Source: an uncultured Elusimicrobia bacterium
Lineage (GTDB): Bacteria; Elusimicrobiota; Elusimicrobia; F11
NCBI GenBank assembly: GCA_964405835.1
Contig: CAYOPN010000002.1
Span: 24,571-88,570 of the forward strand
DNA length: 64,000 nucleotides
Reading direction: 5' to 3'
Part shown: positions 53,773-62,791 of the stretch, in pieces
Numbering within the stretch: the first letter of the stretch is position 1
Layout: every line of letters starts with the position of its first letter
Translations under genes and position numbers: made by a program
The notes under the pieces: generated by a model
Told to the model about the DNA's origin: nothing
Seen by the model: only the letters and a program-made list of their open reading frames with translations
Database searches by the model: none

Positions 53773-55139
53773 CAGTAGAGCCCCTCGTAGGCGATCTTCG
53801 GCTGGCCTTGTAATTCTTTGAGCCCAACCAAGTCGAACACCTGAATGGATTTCGTTAAAAGGTTGGGCACCGTGTGGAAATCCGGATGATCGTTGCTGAC
53901 CACCAGGCACTCGCTGGCGTCCACGACTTCTTTTAAATCGTGCGCGAGCAATTCGGTGATGTGCGGAATATGTTTATCCAAATATTCTTTGTTGGACCCC
54001 GTTAGATAGGAATAGGTGATCTGCGGGTCGTAGATCTTAAGCTTGTAGCCTTTACCGAGCAAGTATTCGATCAAGTCAACGGTCGGGCTTTCGCGCAAGT
54101 CGTCAGTATTTTCTTTAAAGCTCATGCCGAGAAATCCGATCGGCGCCTTCTCGCGTTTCATGATGCGCTTTAAAATATCGTCGATCCGGTTCTTGTTACT
54201 TTCCATGATGCTGTTGATGATCGGCAACTGCAGATTTTTGTCCACCGAGACCCGTTTCATCGCGCGCAAATCCTTCGGCAGGCAGGAACCCCCGAAAGGT
54301 TTGCCCGGTTTCAGATACTTTGGCGAGATGTTTAACTGCGTGTCCGCGAGGAAAATGTCCATTAGCTTGTGCGCGTCGATGCCCAAGCTGTTGCAGAACG
54401 TGCCCACCTCGTTGCCAAATCCGACTTTCAAAGCATGGAAAACGTTGTTCACAATCTTGATGACTTCCGCCACTTTGGGATCGGTGACGAACAGCGGCCC
54501 GGTCTTCCCGCGAAAAATGGCGGCCACCTTCTCTGCGACGTCCTTTTTCTCCGATCCGATGACGGTCTTCCCCGGAGAGAAGAAATCGCGGATGGCGGTC
54601 CCTTCGCGCAAGAACTCCGGCAGCACCACCACGTGGATGTCGCGGCCCAACCGCTCTCCGACAAAGGAGCGCAACAGCGGGATAATTTTGGTTTCGGTGG
54701 TGCCGGGCTGGAGCGTGCTGCGATAAATCAAGATGAAGGGTTTTTGCAGGTCCTTGAGCACCGTACCGATTTCTTCGGTGACCTTCAGCACATACTCCAT
54801 GTTAAGCGAGCCCGCCTCCAACGACGGAGTCCCGACGCAGATGAAGCAAGCGTCGCTGCCTTCCACGGCCGCGCTCACGTTTTCAACCGTCACCAAGCGC
54901 TTGGAATCGACGGCGTCTTTCAAATAGCTATCCAGTTCCGGTTCGAAGATGGGCGAGAGGCCTTCGGCCAGCCGGCGCGATTTCTTGAGGTTCACGTCCA
55001 GGCCGATCACGTTGAGACCGTTCTTGGCGAGGCACGCCGCCGAAACGCATCCGACGTATCCCAAACCGAAGATCGATAAATTTTGAATGGCCGCGCCTTT
55101 CTCCGGCGATCCCACTTTTTCTTCTGTTTTTATTGCCAC
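53769..55139 (-). CDS. UDP-glucose/GDP-mannose dehydrogenase-family nucleotide-sugar 6-dehydrogenase
   Basis: LSIFGLGYVGCVSAACLA, FICVGTP, GGSCLPKD (catalytic Cys), LGMSFKENTDDLRESP. GTG start with a GAGGGG Shine-Dalgarno. Substrate not assignable. Confidence 0.85.
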   Translation of the reverse strand: MAIKTEEKVGSPEKGAAIQNLSIFGLGYVGCVSAACLAKNGLNVIGLDVNLKKSRRLAEGLSPIFEPELDSYLKDAVDSKRLVTVENVSAAVEGSDACFICVGTPSLEAGSLNMEYVLKVTEEIGTVLKDLQKPFILIYRSTLQPGTTETKIIPLLRSFVGERLGRDIHVVVLPEFLREGTAIRDFFSPGKTVIGSEKKDVAEKVAAIFRGKTGPLFVTDPKVAEVIKIVNNVFHALKVGFGNEVGTFCNSLGIDAHKLMDIFLADTQLNISPKYLKPGKPFGGSCLPKDLRAMKRVSVDKNLQLPIINSIMESNKNRIDDILKRIMKREKAPIGFLGMSFKENTDDLRESPTVDLIEYLLGKGYKLKIYDPQITYSYLTGSNKEYLDKHIPHITELLAHDLKEVVDASECLVVSNDHPDFHTVPNLLTKSIQVFDLVGLKELQGQPKIAYEGLYW

Positions 55140-55154
55140 GTTTCGTTCCCCTCT

Positions 55155-57305
55155 TTAATTAAATGACGAACGGCCGCCCAAAACGGGGGCCGCGGTTTCT
55201 TCCGCCGCTTCCGGCGACAAATTCAATGAAGCGCGGATGACAGGCTGGATGATGTCGCCCTCGATCCATTCCCGCACGCACTTCTTCTCCACCGCTTCTT
55301 TCACGACAGCCAGCGCGCGGCCAAAAACATTTAGGGTCTCATCCAAATCGTAATTGCTGTGGGCCAATGACATAAATGGCGCGGAGCGCGTCAACACGCC
55401 TTGCCGGACGACTTCCTGCTGCAACAGCGTCAATAATTCTTCGGTTGAGAATCCGGCCACTGGCTCGAACAGGTATTCGGGCCAGAAATCCAGGCCGATG
55501 CAAGAAACAAAAGGCGTGCCGATCTTTTTGGTCAACGCGTTAAACCCGCTTTTAAATGTCCGGCCCAGCTCGGCGATCCGAGCCGTGCCCTTCTCGCGTT
55601 CCATGATCTCAATGGTTTTCAACGCCGCCGCCATCGACGGCAACTCGCCGCCGAACGTGAACGAGAAGAAAACTTCTTCCAATGCCTGCATGATCTCCGC
55701 CTTACCGCAAAGGACCGAGACCGGATAGCCGTTCCCCATCGCTTTGCCGAACGTGGAGAGGTCCGGCGTCACCCCGAAGTATTTCTGGGCGCCGCCCATG
55801 TCGATGCGGAACCCGGTGATGGTTTCATCAAAAATCAAAAGAGCGCCGTTTTTGCGGCACAGGTCCTGCACTTTTTCCAGGAAGTGGTCTTCCGGCGCGA
55901 AAAAATTCACGGGTTCCAAAATAACAGCGGCCACATTGTCTTTGTTCTCATCAAATATTTTCTGAAGCGTATCGATCTTGTTGTAAGTGAACGGCTTGGT
56001 GAGCTTCCGGACGGCATCGGGCACCCCTTTGTGACGGGAGGTTGAGCCGATGAACCAGTCCTGCCAGCCATGATAACCACAACAGGCGATAACTTCCCTG
56101 TTCGTGACGCCGCGCGCCAAACGGACCGCGCCGGCCGTGGCGTCCGAGCCGTTTTTTCCGAAACGGACCATCTCCGCCGCCGGCACCAGCGACACGATTT
56201 TCTCCGCGAGTTTGGTTTCGAGCGGATGGGCCATGGACGGAGCGTTGAAAAATTCGTTGGCGCATTCGTAAGCGGCACGGTTGACCTCGGGATGGCTGTG
56301 GCCCAAGATGACCGGCCCCAAACTCAGCGTGTAGTCGATGTACTCGTTGCCGTCCAAGTCCCATACTTTTGAACCGCGTCCGCGAACCAGCATGCTCGGC
56401 GCCACGCCGTTAACGTATTGGGCCGGCGACTTCGAAAATGTTTGGGCCCCGCCGGGGACCAGCGTCAGCGCTTTTTTCCACGCCTGCTCGGTTTTCTCCC
56501 GCTTCAACGGAAGCGCGCGTTGAATCTCGAGCTGTCCTTGCTTCGCATCCTTTTCCAACGCGGACTTCCACCCCTCTCCGTAAATGTGCGGCTGGTCCAT
56601 TAACTTCGGATGCGCGTCCAAATAGGCAAGGATTTCCTCCAACGAGCCGAAAATCTTCTCTTTCTCAAAATGCTCGACCAACTTTTTAATGACGGCAAGG
56701 TCTTCAGGATAATCAACCGTTAGGCGGACTTTGCTCCTGTCCGTTTTGTAATCCACGCGTTTAATTTTAAAGAGCTCGGGTTGTTTCCAAAAATAAAAGG
56801 TCACGTGTTCACGTTCGGACGGTTTCTTTGCCTCACCCCAGGCCCGTTCCAATACTGGGAAAGAAAAAACCTCAACATCCATTCCGTCCGGAAACGTGCC
56901 GGGCGTCGGCACATTATTGCCTGCAAAATCAATCTTTCCCTTGCCCGCTTGAAACGCGCCCACGACACTGTCCACCACCACCGGGTCTACTAACGGACAA
57001 TCGGAAGTCAATCGCACGACAGTACTGGCGCCGTTTTCTTTGGCGGCGCGGTAATAACGGTCAAGAACGTCGTTTTCGGAACCGCGAAACACCGCGACAT
57101 TCAACGCGCGGCATTCGGCCACGATCACGTCGTCCGCCGGCGCGCCGGTCGTCGCAATGACTACCTTGTCGAGTGTTTTCGACGATGCGAGCCGTTCGAT
57201 CATGATCTGCAACAGCGTCCGCCCATTGATCTTCTCGAGGACCTTGTTGGGGAAACGCGTGGACGCGCAGCGCGCTTGGATGATGGCAATGACCTTCTGC
57301 TTCAT
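55155..57305 (-). CDS. Fusion: SpsF/NeuA-type cytidylyltransferase + class III PLP aminotransferase (glutamate-1-semialdehyde 2,1-aminomutase-like)
   Basis: Start at the internal ATG 57305 (MKQKVIAIIQARCASTRFPNKVL...LTSDCPL). C-terminal domain GGAQTFSKSP...GSKVWDLDGNEYIDY...GPVILGH...IFDETITGFR...STFGKAMGNGYPVS, with the PLP lysine present. Confidence 0.8.
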   Translation of the reverse strand: MKQKVIAIIQARCASTRFPNKVLEKINGRTLLQIMIERLASSKTLDKVVIATTGAPADDVIVAECRALNVAVFRGSENDVLDRYYRAAKENGASTVVRLTSDCPLVDPVVVDSVVGAFQAGKGKIDFAGNNVPTPGTFPDGMDVEVFSFPVLERAWGEAKKPSEREHVTFYFWKQPELFKIKRVDYKTDRSKVRLTVDYPEDLAVIKKLVEHFEKEKIFGSLEEILAYLDAHPKLMDQPHIYGEGWKSALEKDAKQGQLEIQRALPLKREKTEQAWKKALTLVPGGAQTFSKSPAQYVNGVAPSMLVRGRGSKVWDLDGNEYIDYTLSLGPVILGHSHPEVNRAAYECANEFFNAPSMAHPLETKLAEKIVSLVPAAEMVRFGKNGSDATAGAVRLARGVTNREVIACCGYHGWQDWFIGSTSRHKGVPDAVRKLTKPFTYNKIDTLQKIFDENKDNVAAVILEPVNFFAPEDHFLEKVQDLCRKNGALLIFDETITGFRIDMGGAQKYFGVTPDLSTFGKAMGNGYPVSVLCGKAEIMQALEEVFFSFTFGGELPSMAAALKTIEIMEREKGTARIAELGRTFKSGFNALTKKIGTPFVSCIGLDFWPEYLFEPVAGFSTEELLTLLQQEVVRQGVLTRSAPFMSLAHSNYDLDETLNVFGRALAVVKEAVEKKCVREWIEGDIIQPVIRASLNLSPEAAEETAAPVLGGRSSFN

Positions 57306-58159
57306 TATTTTTTCTTCAACTCCGCGCACGCAACACCCTTGGCCTGGGCGAGCATCGTTCCCGCTTGACCGTCAACACCGGCTGCTGAACCTTCTTCGAT
57401 CCATCCCGCCGCGCCACCGTCCCGGAAAAAGCGCTGTTCCACGACATGCAGGCCGCTTTCATCCACCAATTTTTTCCAATCGGAAGCAGAGTATTCCTTG
57501 TAGAACCAATACAGGCCCTTGGAATCTTGCGTGTAAGTAATACCACCGTTACCCATGGGAACGGTGAGCAAAATCGACCCGCCGGGACTGAGGATCCTTT
57601 TCAATTCGGCCAATACTTTTTTGTCGTCGTCACGGTATTCCGGTTTCTTCGTAGGCAGGTCTTTGGGACGGTTGAAAACCGTACCCGCCTCGGAATTCGA
57701 ATTAAACTCATCGAAACCGATGTGCTCGATCGTTGAAATAATAAAAATTAGATCAAACGTGTTGTTGTCGAACGAGGACTGTCGCGCGTCCCCCTGATGA
57801 AATTTGAAAATGGAAGTAACGTCTTCTTCCAAGTTGATGAAGCGGTTACGAACGCGGTTAATGTCGACAATGTCAAGCGCCGACAGATCAAATTTCGCCA
57901 CTTTCTTAAGTTCAACCTGCGCGCTTACAAGCGTCATGTCCGCCAAAGAAAGCCCCACTTCGAGCACGTTCTTTTGGCCCGCGTAGCGCGAGATGGCCCA
58001 TGGAATTTCAATGCAGCGTTCGGAAATTCCGGGGAACCAGGGGGTGGGCTTGGCTTCAAAACGGGCCGGCCACTTTTTTCTCTCCAATTCCTCCATCACC
58101 GCCGCGTACCAATCCCTGTTGATCGAGAACTGTTTTTTGGCCAAGGCTTCTGTCGTCAT
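57305..58159 (-). CDS. Putative class I SAM-dependent methyltransferase
   Basis: VLEVGLSLADMT, FDLIFIISTIEHIGFDEF, LSPGGSILLTVPMG. Stop overlaps the downstream ATG by 1 nt. Confidence 0.6.
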   Translation of the reverse strand: MTTEALAKKQFSINRDWYAAVMEELERKKWPARFEAKPTPWFPGISERCIEIPWAISRYAGQKNVLEVGLSLADMTLVSAQVELKKVAKFDLSALDIVDINRVRNRFINLEEDVTSIFKFHQGDARQSSFDNNTFDLIFIISTIEHIGFDEFNSNSEAGTVFNRPKDLPTKKPEYRDDDKKVLAELKRILSPGGSILLTVPMGNGGITYTQDSKGLYWFYKEYSASDWKKLVDESGLHVVEQRFFRDGGAAGWIEEGSAAGVDGQAGTMLAQAKGVACAELKKK

Positions 58160-58175
58160 ATCATCTCCCTCATTT

Positions 58176-59453
58176 TTAATTGACCCATCCCATGTGTTGC
58201 ATCTTCATCCAGCACGCGCGGATTACGCGCGCATCATCAATGGCTTTGTGCCGTTTGTTCGGTGTTTTTAATCCGGCAAATTCGTAGCGGTCCAGCGTCG
58301 GGTCCAAACCGTGCAGCGAAAACAACGTGTCAATATCCAGATGCGCCCGGTGCTCGATATGGTACGGCAACTTCTTGTCCCACGAACGCAAGCGACTACC
58401 GGCTTCCACACGCGACCACATGTTGTAAAGCAAAATATCGTCGATCTGTTTTCCCGAGGAGACCATCTGGACCTTCTTTCCACCGGCGATTTCCTCGAAC
58501 CACGACTCAATTTTCTTAGTGGCTTCCGAGGTCGACACGGCATTGCCATCAAGCAGGTTCAAAATATTTTCTTCAAGCCACGGAGTTACTTGCTCTTTGT
58601 CGTAATCGTTAAGCTCAATGTACAGCTCGTCCCCTTTTTCCGAAACAAAACCGATCGATATCAGCGTCGTATTCTGTCCCCCGCGCGTGAATTCGGTGTC
58701 AAAAAATACCTTTATGAAATTGTCCGGCTGAAGAAATGCCGGGCTCATCGCCGCCGGTCGCGCGTATTTCCGGAAATAGAAAGACAACAATTCCAAATCT
58801 TCGGGCGTATCGACGTCCACCGACCGCTGGCGAGGCATGTAATAACCGACAGACTTCTTCGGCATCCATGTTTTTTCCTTGATTAGTGCCGGAACCCGCA
58901 CCCACGCGAGAGATCCGTTGTCGACAAACGTGGGGGCCAAATCTTGCCCCCGCACCGAAGTCATGTTTTCAAATATTACCAACGGCTTAATAAAGCCTTT
59001 TTCATCATTGATGTGGGCCGGGTAATAATGAAAGCAGTCCGTGGTGCCGATGACCGCATCCGCCTCTTTTTTCCCTTCCAGCATTTTATAGGCCTTCCGG
59101 ATGTCCTCGGCATTTCGCAATGGAGAAGTGGCCCATAACAAACACAGGTTGTCGTACGACTTACCTTTTTTTTTCATTTCCTCGAGCGCGTGGATCAAAA
59201 CATCATTCAAGGAAACCGTGTCTCCGCCCAGTTCGGCCGGACGAACAAACGGGACGGGAATGGAGCGTTGGCGGCAGATTTCCAATGCTTCGTCCGAATC
59301 GGTCGATATCACGACATCGTCAAACACGCCGGACTCCACCGCCGCGTCGTACGTGTGGACAAACATCGGCTTTCCGAAGAAATCGATGAAATTCTTCTTT
59401 TTGACCCGCGTGGACCCTCCCCGCACAGGAATAACGGCGATATTTCTAGCCAC
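58176..59453 (-). CDS. Fusion: acylneuraminate-cytidylyltransferase-family domain + DEDDh-type 3'-5' exonuclease-like domain
   Basis: I propose the GTG at 59453 (VARNIAVIPVRGGSTRVKKKNF...VISTDSDE...WATSPLR). The C-terminal approx 190 aa carries VFFDTEF (Exo I DxE), DDILLYN (Exo II-like) and HKAIDDAR (Exo III H-x4-D). Confidence 0.7.
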   Translation of the reverse strand: MARNIAVIPVRGGSTRVKKKNFIDFFGKPMFVHTYDAAVESGVFDDVVISTDSDEALEICRQRSIPVPFVRPAELGGDTVSLNDVLIHALEEMKKKGKSYDNLCLLWATSPLRNAEDIRKAYKMLEGKKEADAVIGTTDCFHYYPAHINDEKGFIKPLVIFENMTSVRGQDLAPTFVDNGSLAWVRVPALIKEKTWMPKKSVGYYMPRQRSVDVDTPEDLELLSFYFRKYARPAAMSPAFLQPDNFIKVFFDTEFTRGGQNTTLISIGFVSEKGDELYIELNDYDKEQVTPWLEENILNLLDGNAVSTSEATKKIESWFEEIAGGKKVQMVSSGKQIDDILLYNMWSRVEAGSRLRSWDKKLPYHIEHRAHLDIDTLFSLHGLDPTLDRYEFAGLKTPNKRHKAIDDARVIRACWMKMQHMGWVN

Positions 59454-60384
59454 GATTGGCCTTGTCGGTTGACCAGTGTTCGGTCGTGTAATAATAGAAC
59501 TGAATTGCCCAACGCTCGCCGGCGGTAACGTTGGTGGCGCTGTGAATGATATTTCCACTGAAACAAAATAGCGACCCCGCCGGAAGCGCGGCATAACTGA
59601 ACGGCTTTATTCCATACCGTCGCAAATCTTCCAACGTGAACTTCTTTTCCCGTTTGGCCATGATTTCGTAAAGCATCTGCGGATACATCTTCCAGTGGTG
59701 AGATCCTTCGGAATAAGCAAACGCGCCGGTTTTGACGTCGACATCGCTAAGATACAGGTAAGCTTTCAGGGTGCTCGAATACGTATCGAAATGGATTTGG
59801 TTGTAATTCTTCCCGGTTGTCAACGTTTTCCGTTCCAACTTGATTGTCACCGGCCGGAGGTTCCCCCCGTTTGCATACTTCGCGATCCCTTCCACGATGG
59901 GATTTTCAACCACTTCGCGTAAGACGGGAAACTGCTGGAATAATTCTTCCATGGTGAAATAGTTGTTTTTCTGCTGGAGCGCGATTTTTTCCGGGCCGTA
60001 AACCATTGAATAGAGTTTATGCGTTGGGTCATCGACAACCCATTGCAAGGTCCCCTCAGGGCCATTGATCGACCATTGACGTCGTTTCGAATCCACATGC
60101 TGAAATGGAGTCCCTTCTTTTAAGGACTTTTCAAAAAGTTGACTGGCTTCATGAAATTCGTTCTTGACCTCGCTTAAGAAACCGGCGATGGGGCGAGACG
60201 GAGAAAAGCCTGGGATAACGGCCAATCCTTTTTCGTAAAGATCCATTCGTGAACGGTCCAACTCCGGATTCACGGAAATTTCAGGCCGTTTCAGAAACGG
60301 TTCGCCGGTCAAATAGTTGGCCTTACCACCCAACATCCAACGCGCTATCTTAAATTTTCTATTGATTGACGCTTTGATGTCCAA
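59446..60384 (-). CDS. PhyH-like Fe(II)/2-oxoglutarate-dependent dioxygenase
   Basis: IHFDT (HxD facial-triad candidate), AFAYSEGSHHW, and GNIIHSATNVTAGERWAIQFYY (distal His plus Arg). TTG start with a GAGGA Shine-Dalgarno. Confidence 0.55.
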   Translation of the reverse strand: MDIKASINRKFKIARWMLGGKANYLTGEPFLKRPEISVNPELDRSRMDLYEKGLAVIPGFSPSRPIAGFLSEVKNEFHEASQLFEKSLKEGTPFQHVDSKRRQWSINGPEGTLQWVVDDPTHKLYSMVYGPEKIALQQKNNYFTMEELFQQFPVLREVVENPIVEGIAKYANGGNLRPVTIKLERKTLTTGKNYNQIHFDTYSSTLKAYLYLSDVDVKTGAFAYSEGSHHWKMYPQMLYEIMAKREKKFTLEDLRRYGIKPFSYAALPAGSLFCFSGNIIHSATNVTAGERWAIQFYYYTTEHWSTDKANRG

Positions 60385-60395
60385 AATTATCCTCG

Positions 60396-61514
60396 TTAAT
60401 TGGAGGCGTTGCTTCCGATAACTCCGGAAGATGCCGTTTGATGGGGCGACAGATCAACGCCGCCGTGAGATAACACAACTTCTTTTAATGCCCTTAGCGC
60501 CGCGAATTGATCATCGGAAGGTTTCCGGAGCAAGTCTCCATGTCCGCCGGACATCCCGTAGATCACGGTGGGCCGGTTGATGTTGTCGACGATAATTTCT
60601 CCGTGCCGGGCCAAAAGCCCTACCGAGGCGACCGGATGACCTGCTATGACGGTGCGCCCCATTCCCGCTTTTAAGATGGCCTCCATTCTCAAAACCTGGG
60701 CCACAGTCCCTTCAAAGCCGGCTTGCACATCAAAACGAAATATATTGAGCTCGCGTTTTTCCGCCGCATCAATGGCGGCGGGAGACAAACAACCTTTGCC
60801 GCCATCCATAATGATGGCGCCGTCGGAAACAACCGCGATAAGGTCTTCCGTTATGCTGGGCGAACTTCCACTCGATGTTCCAATTAAAATATTGGCGCCG
60901 GTGGCAGCGGCCGCATTGTCCGTTGAGCCGTGCACTTCGGCCACGGTTTCTTGGGGTTTGATGATATTGATCGCTTTGACGATGGTGCTCAATTTCGCCT
61001 CGTCGCGACGTGTTAGATACACATGGGCACCACGTTCCACCAGCTTCATCGCAAGTTTGGAGCCCAAATTTCCCGCTCCGATAATGGCCACGCGAAGCCC
61101 GCCGATTGACGGCACGATCTGCGCCAACAGCGTATCCACGGACTCCACGGTCATGTCATTGGCTTTGTATGTGTAGACCTTGGCGTGCTTTACGACGCCC
61201 CGGACTTCTTTCTCGATATTGCAAAGGTCGACGATGTCGGTCCTGATAGGTGCGATTTTTTTCTCGGTATCCACAAAAATGTAGCGAACGCGCCCATCCA
61301 CCACGCGCGCCACTTCGCGCGCATGCTGGTTCTCGCTCACGATAATACTGCCGGCCACTACCAACGATGTTTCCCGGAGCGGCGAGAAATAATAGGCCGA
61401 AGAATCGACTTTCCGCGTGTTGCCGATACAAAAAGCCGGGATTTTCCCCCGCGCATCCGCACGGGCGAGAACGCTTTTCAGCACGGCCTCGGTTTTTTCA
61501 ATAAGGTTCATCAT
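60396..61514 (-). CDS. NAD(P)-binding Rossmann-domain protein, family unresolved
   Basis: Central LRVAIIGAGNLGSKLAMKLVERGAHVYLTRRD dinucleotide-binding motif, flanked by approx 140-aa N-terminal and approx 190-aa C-terminal regions I cannot assign. ATGA overlap at 61511. Confidence 0.45.
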   Translation of the reverse strand: MMNLIEKTEAVLKSVLARADARGKIPAFCIGNTRKVDSSAYYFSPLRETSLVVAGSIIVSENQHAREVARVVDGRVRYIFVDTEKKIAPIRTDIVDLCNIEKEVRGVVKHAKVYTYKANDMTVESVDTLLAQIVPSIGGLRVAIIGAGNLGSKLAMKLVERGAHVYLTRRDEAKLSTIVKAINIIKPQETVAEVHGSTDNAAAATGANILIGTSSGSSPSITEDLIAVVSDGAIIMDGGKGCLSPAAIDAAEKRELNIFRFDVQAGFEGTVAQVLRMEAILKAGMGRTVIAGHPVASVGLLARHGEIIVDNINRPTVIYGMSGGHGDLLRKPSDDQFAALRALKEVVLSHGGVDLSPHQTASSGVIGSNASN

Positions 61515-62791
61515 GCGGCGACAGCCTCTTTGATTTTTAAAAACTCCGCCACCGTGGGACGATTTTCATCCAACGGCGCAGGGACATCAATATGGCCGGG
61601 GCGGAGAGTTTCCGTTTCATCGATCCATTGGATGCCTTCCGAATTCCCAAGGACCCACGGCCCTTCATGGCTGCACTGCTCCCCCCCACCGATAAGGCCG
61701 AGTACAAAAATGTTAGGAGCGGCGGCCCGCGCAATCCGAAGCGCGCCGGAATAAGCGCCCAGCACGCCGGCGTACTCGCGCGCAATTTCAATCAGCGAAG
61801 CGCCGGTGGCCGGCAACGTTTTTATGGTCACAGGGAGCGACGCAAGTTTTTCTTTCATACGCGCTGGCCAAACCAAAGTTTCTCGAGTCCGCGGATGAAA
61901 CCGCAGATGCACTTCATTCAGAGAAGCCATGGCGACTGCCTGCCCGATAACCCGCACCCAAAAATTCATTTTCTCCTCTGTCATTTCCACCGTATACGAG
62001 CTGAACAGGACCAAGAGTTTTTTCGTCCGATCCAACGCCACCCCCCCCGTTGTTTTTAGAGGCGACCGCGCCGGATGCTTGGTCACGACGGCGTTCTTTA
62101 ATACCGGCACCGCGCGTTGGTACGCGCTGGCGTCAAACGTATCGTAAAACAACACCACGTCGCCGCGTCCGGCCGTGAAAGCAAACCGGTCGTACGGACT
62201 TACGGAAAAAACCTTGTTCCACAAAATTCGAGGGATCACGTAACGATCGACATACAAACGAGCGTGCTTAAAGGAGCGGCGCAACAGGGAAAAACCTTTT
62301 TTCCATAGACGGACCGCCATGGAAGGCTTGGCCAATTGCATCTTTTTCACATTCCGCTCCATGCCGAGGGAAGCCAAATGACGCAGCAGAATTCCGGGAT
62401 CCAAAAGATTGGTGTGCATGACAACGACCTTCGCGCCCAATTCCCTGGCCAGTGCTATCAAGTAACGATCCATGAGATAAAAATCGGTCCCCAACAAAAG
62501 CACTTTGAATGGCTTCTGTTTTATTTGCTCCAACAAGCTGATAATCATCCGTTGGTAGCTCCATGCGCCCTGGGAAGATTGTGACGGCACGCGCTGAAAG
62601 GTGGAGATGCTTCCATTTTTTAAATACTGACTTATCCAATTGTCCGCCGATGCAGAACGGGCCTCGTCGGCCTCCAAGTAGTCGATCGCCCAATCCTGGC
62701 CCAAATCGGGAATGATCGGCACGAAGTAGTCCATGGACACCGTGCCGCTCCCGGAATAAATCAAGATCCGCGGCTTCAGATGTCCTCCCAT
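61511..62791 (-). CDS. Uncharacterised protein, possibly GT-B-like transferase
   Basis: 426 aa with no named motif. Layout (KVLLLGTDFYL...KKLLVLFSSYTVE...HLRFHPR...YAGVLGAYSGALRIA) recalls two Rossmann-like halves. Contains G8 and G7 homopolymers on the coding strand. Confidence 0.35.
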   Translation of the reverse strand: MGGHLKPRILIYSGSGTVSMDYFVPIIPDLGQDWAIDYLEADEARSASADNWISQYLKNGSISTFQRVPSQSSQGAWSYQRMIISLLEQIKQKPFKVLLLGTDFYLMDRYLIALARELGAKVVVMHTNLLDPGILLRHLASLGMERNVKKMQLAKPSMAVRLWKKGFSLLRRSFKHARLYVDRYVIPRILWNKVFSVSPYDRFAFTAGRGDVVLFYDTFDASAYQRAVPVLKNAVVTKHPARSPLKTTGGVALDRTKKLLVLFSSYTVEMTEEKMNFWVRVIGQAVAMASLNEVHLRFHPRTRETLVWPARMKEKLASLPVTIKTLPATGASLIEIAREYAGVLGAYSGALRIARAAAPNIFVLGLIGGGEQCSHEGPWVLGNSEGIQWIDETETLRPGHIDVPAPLDENRPTVAEFLKIKEAVAA

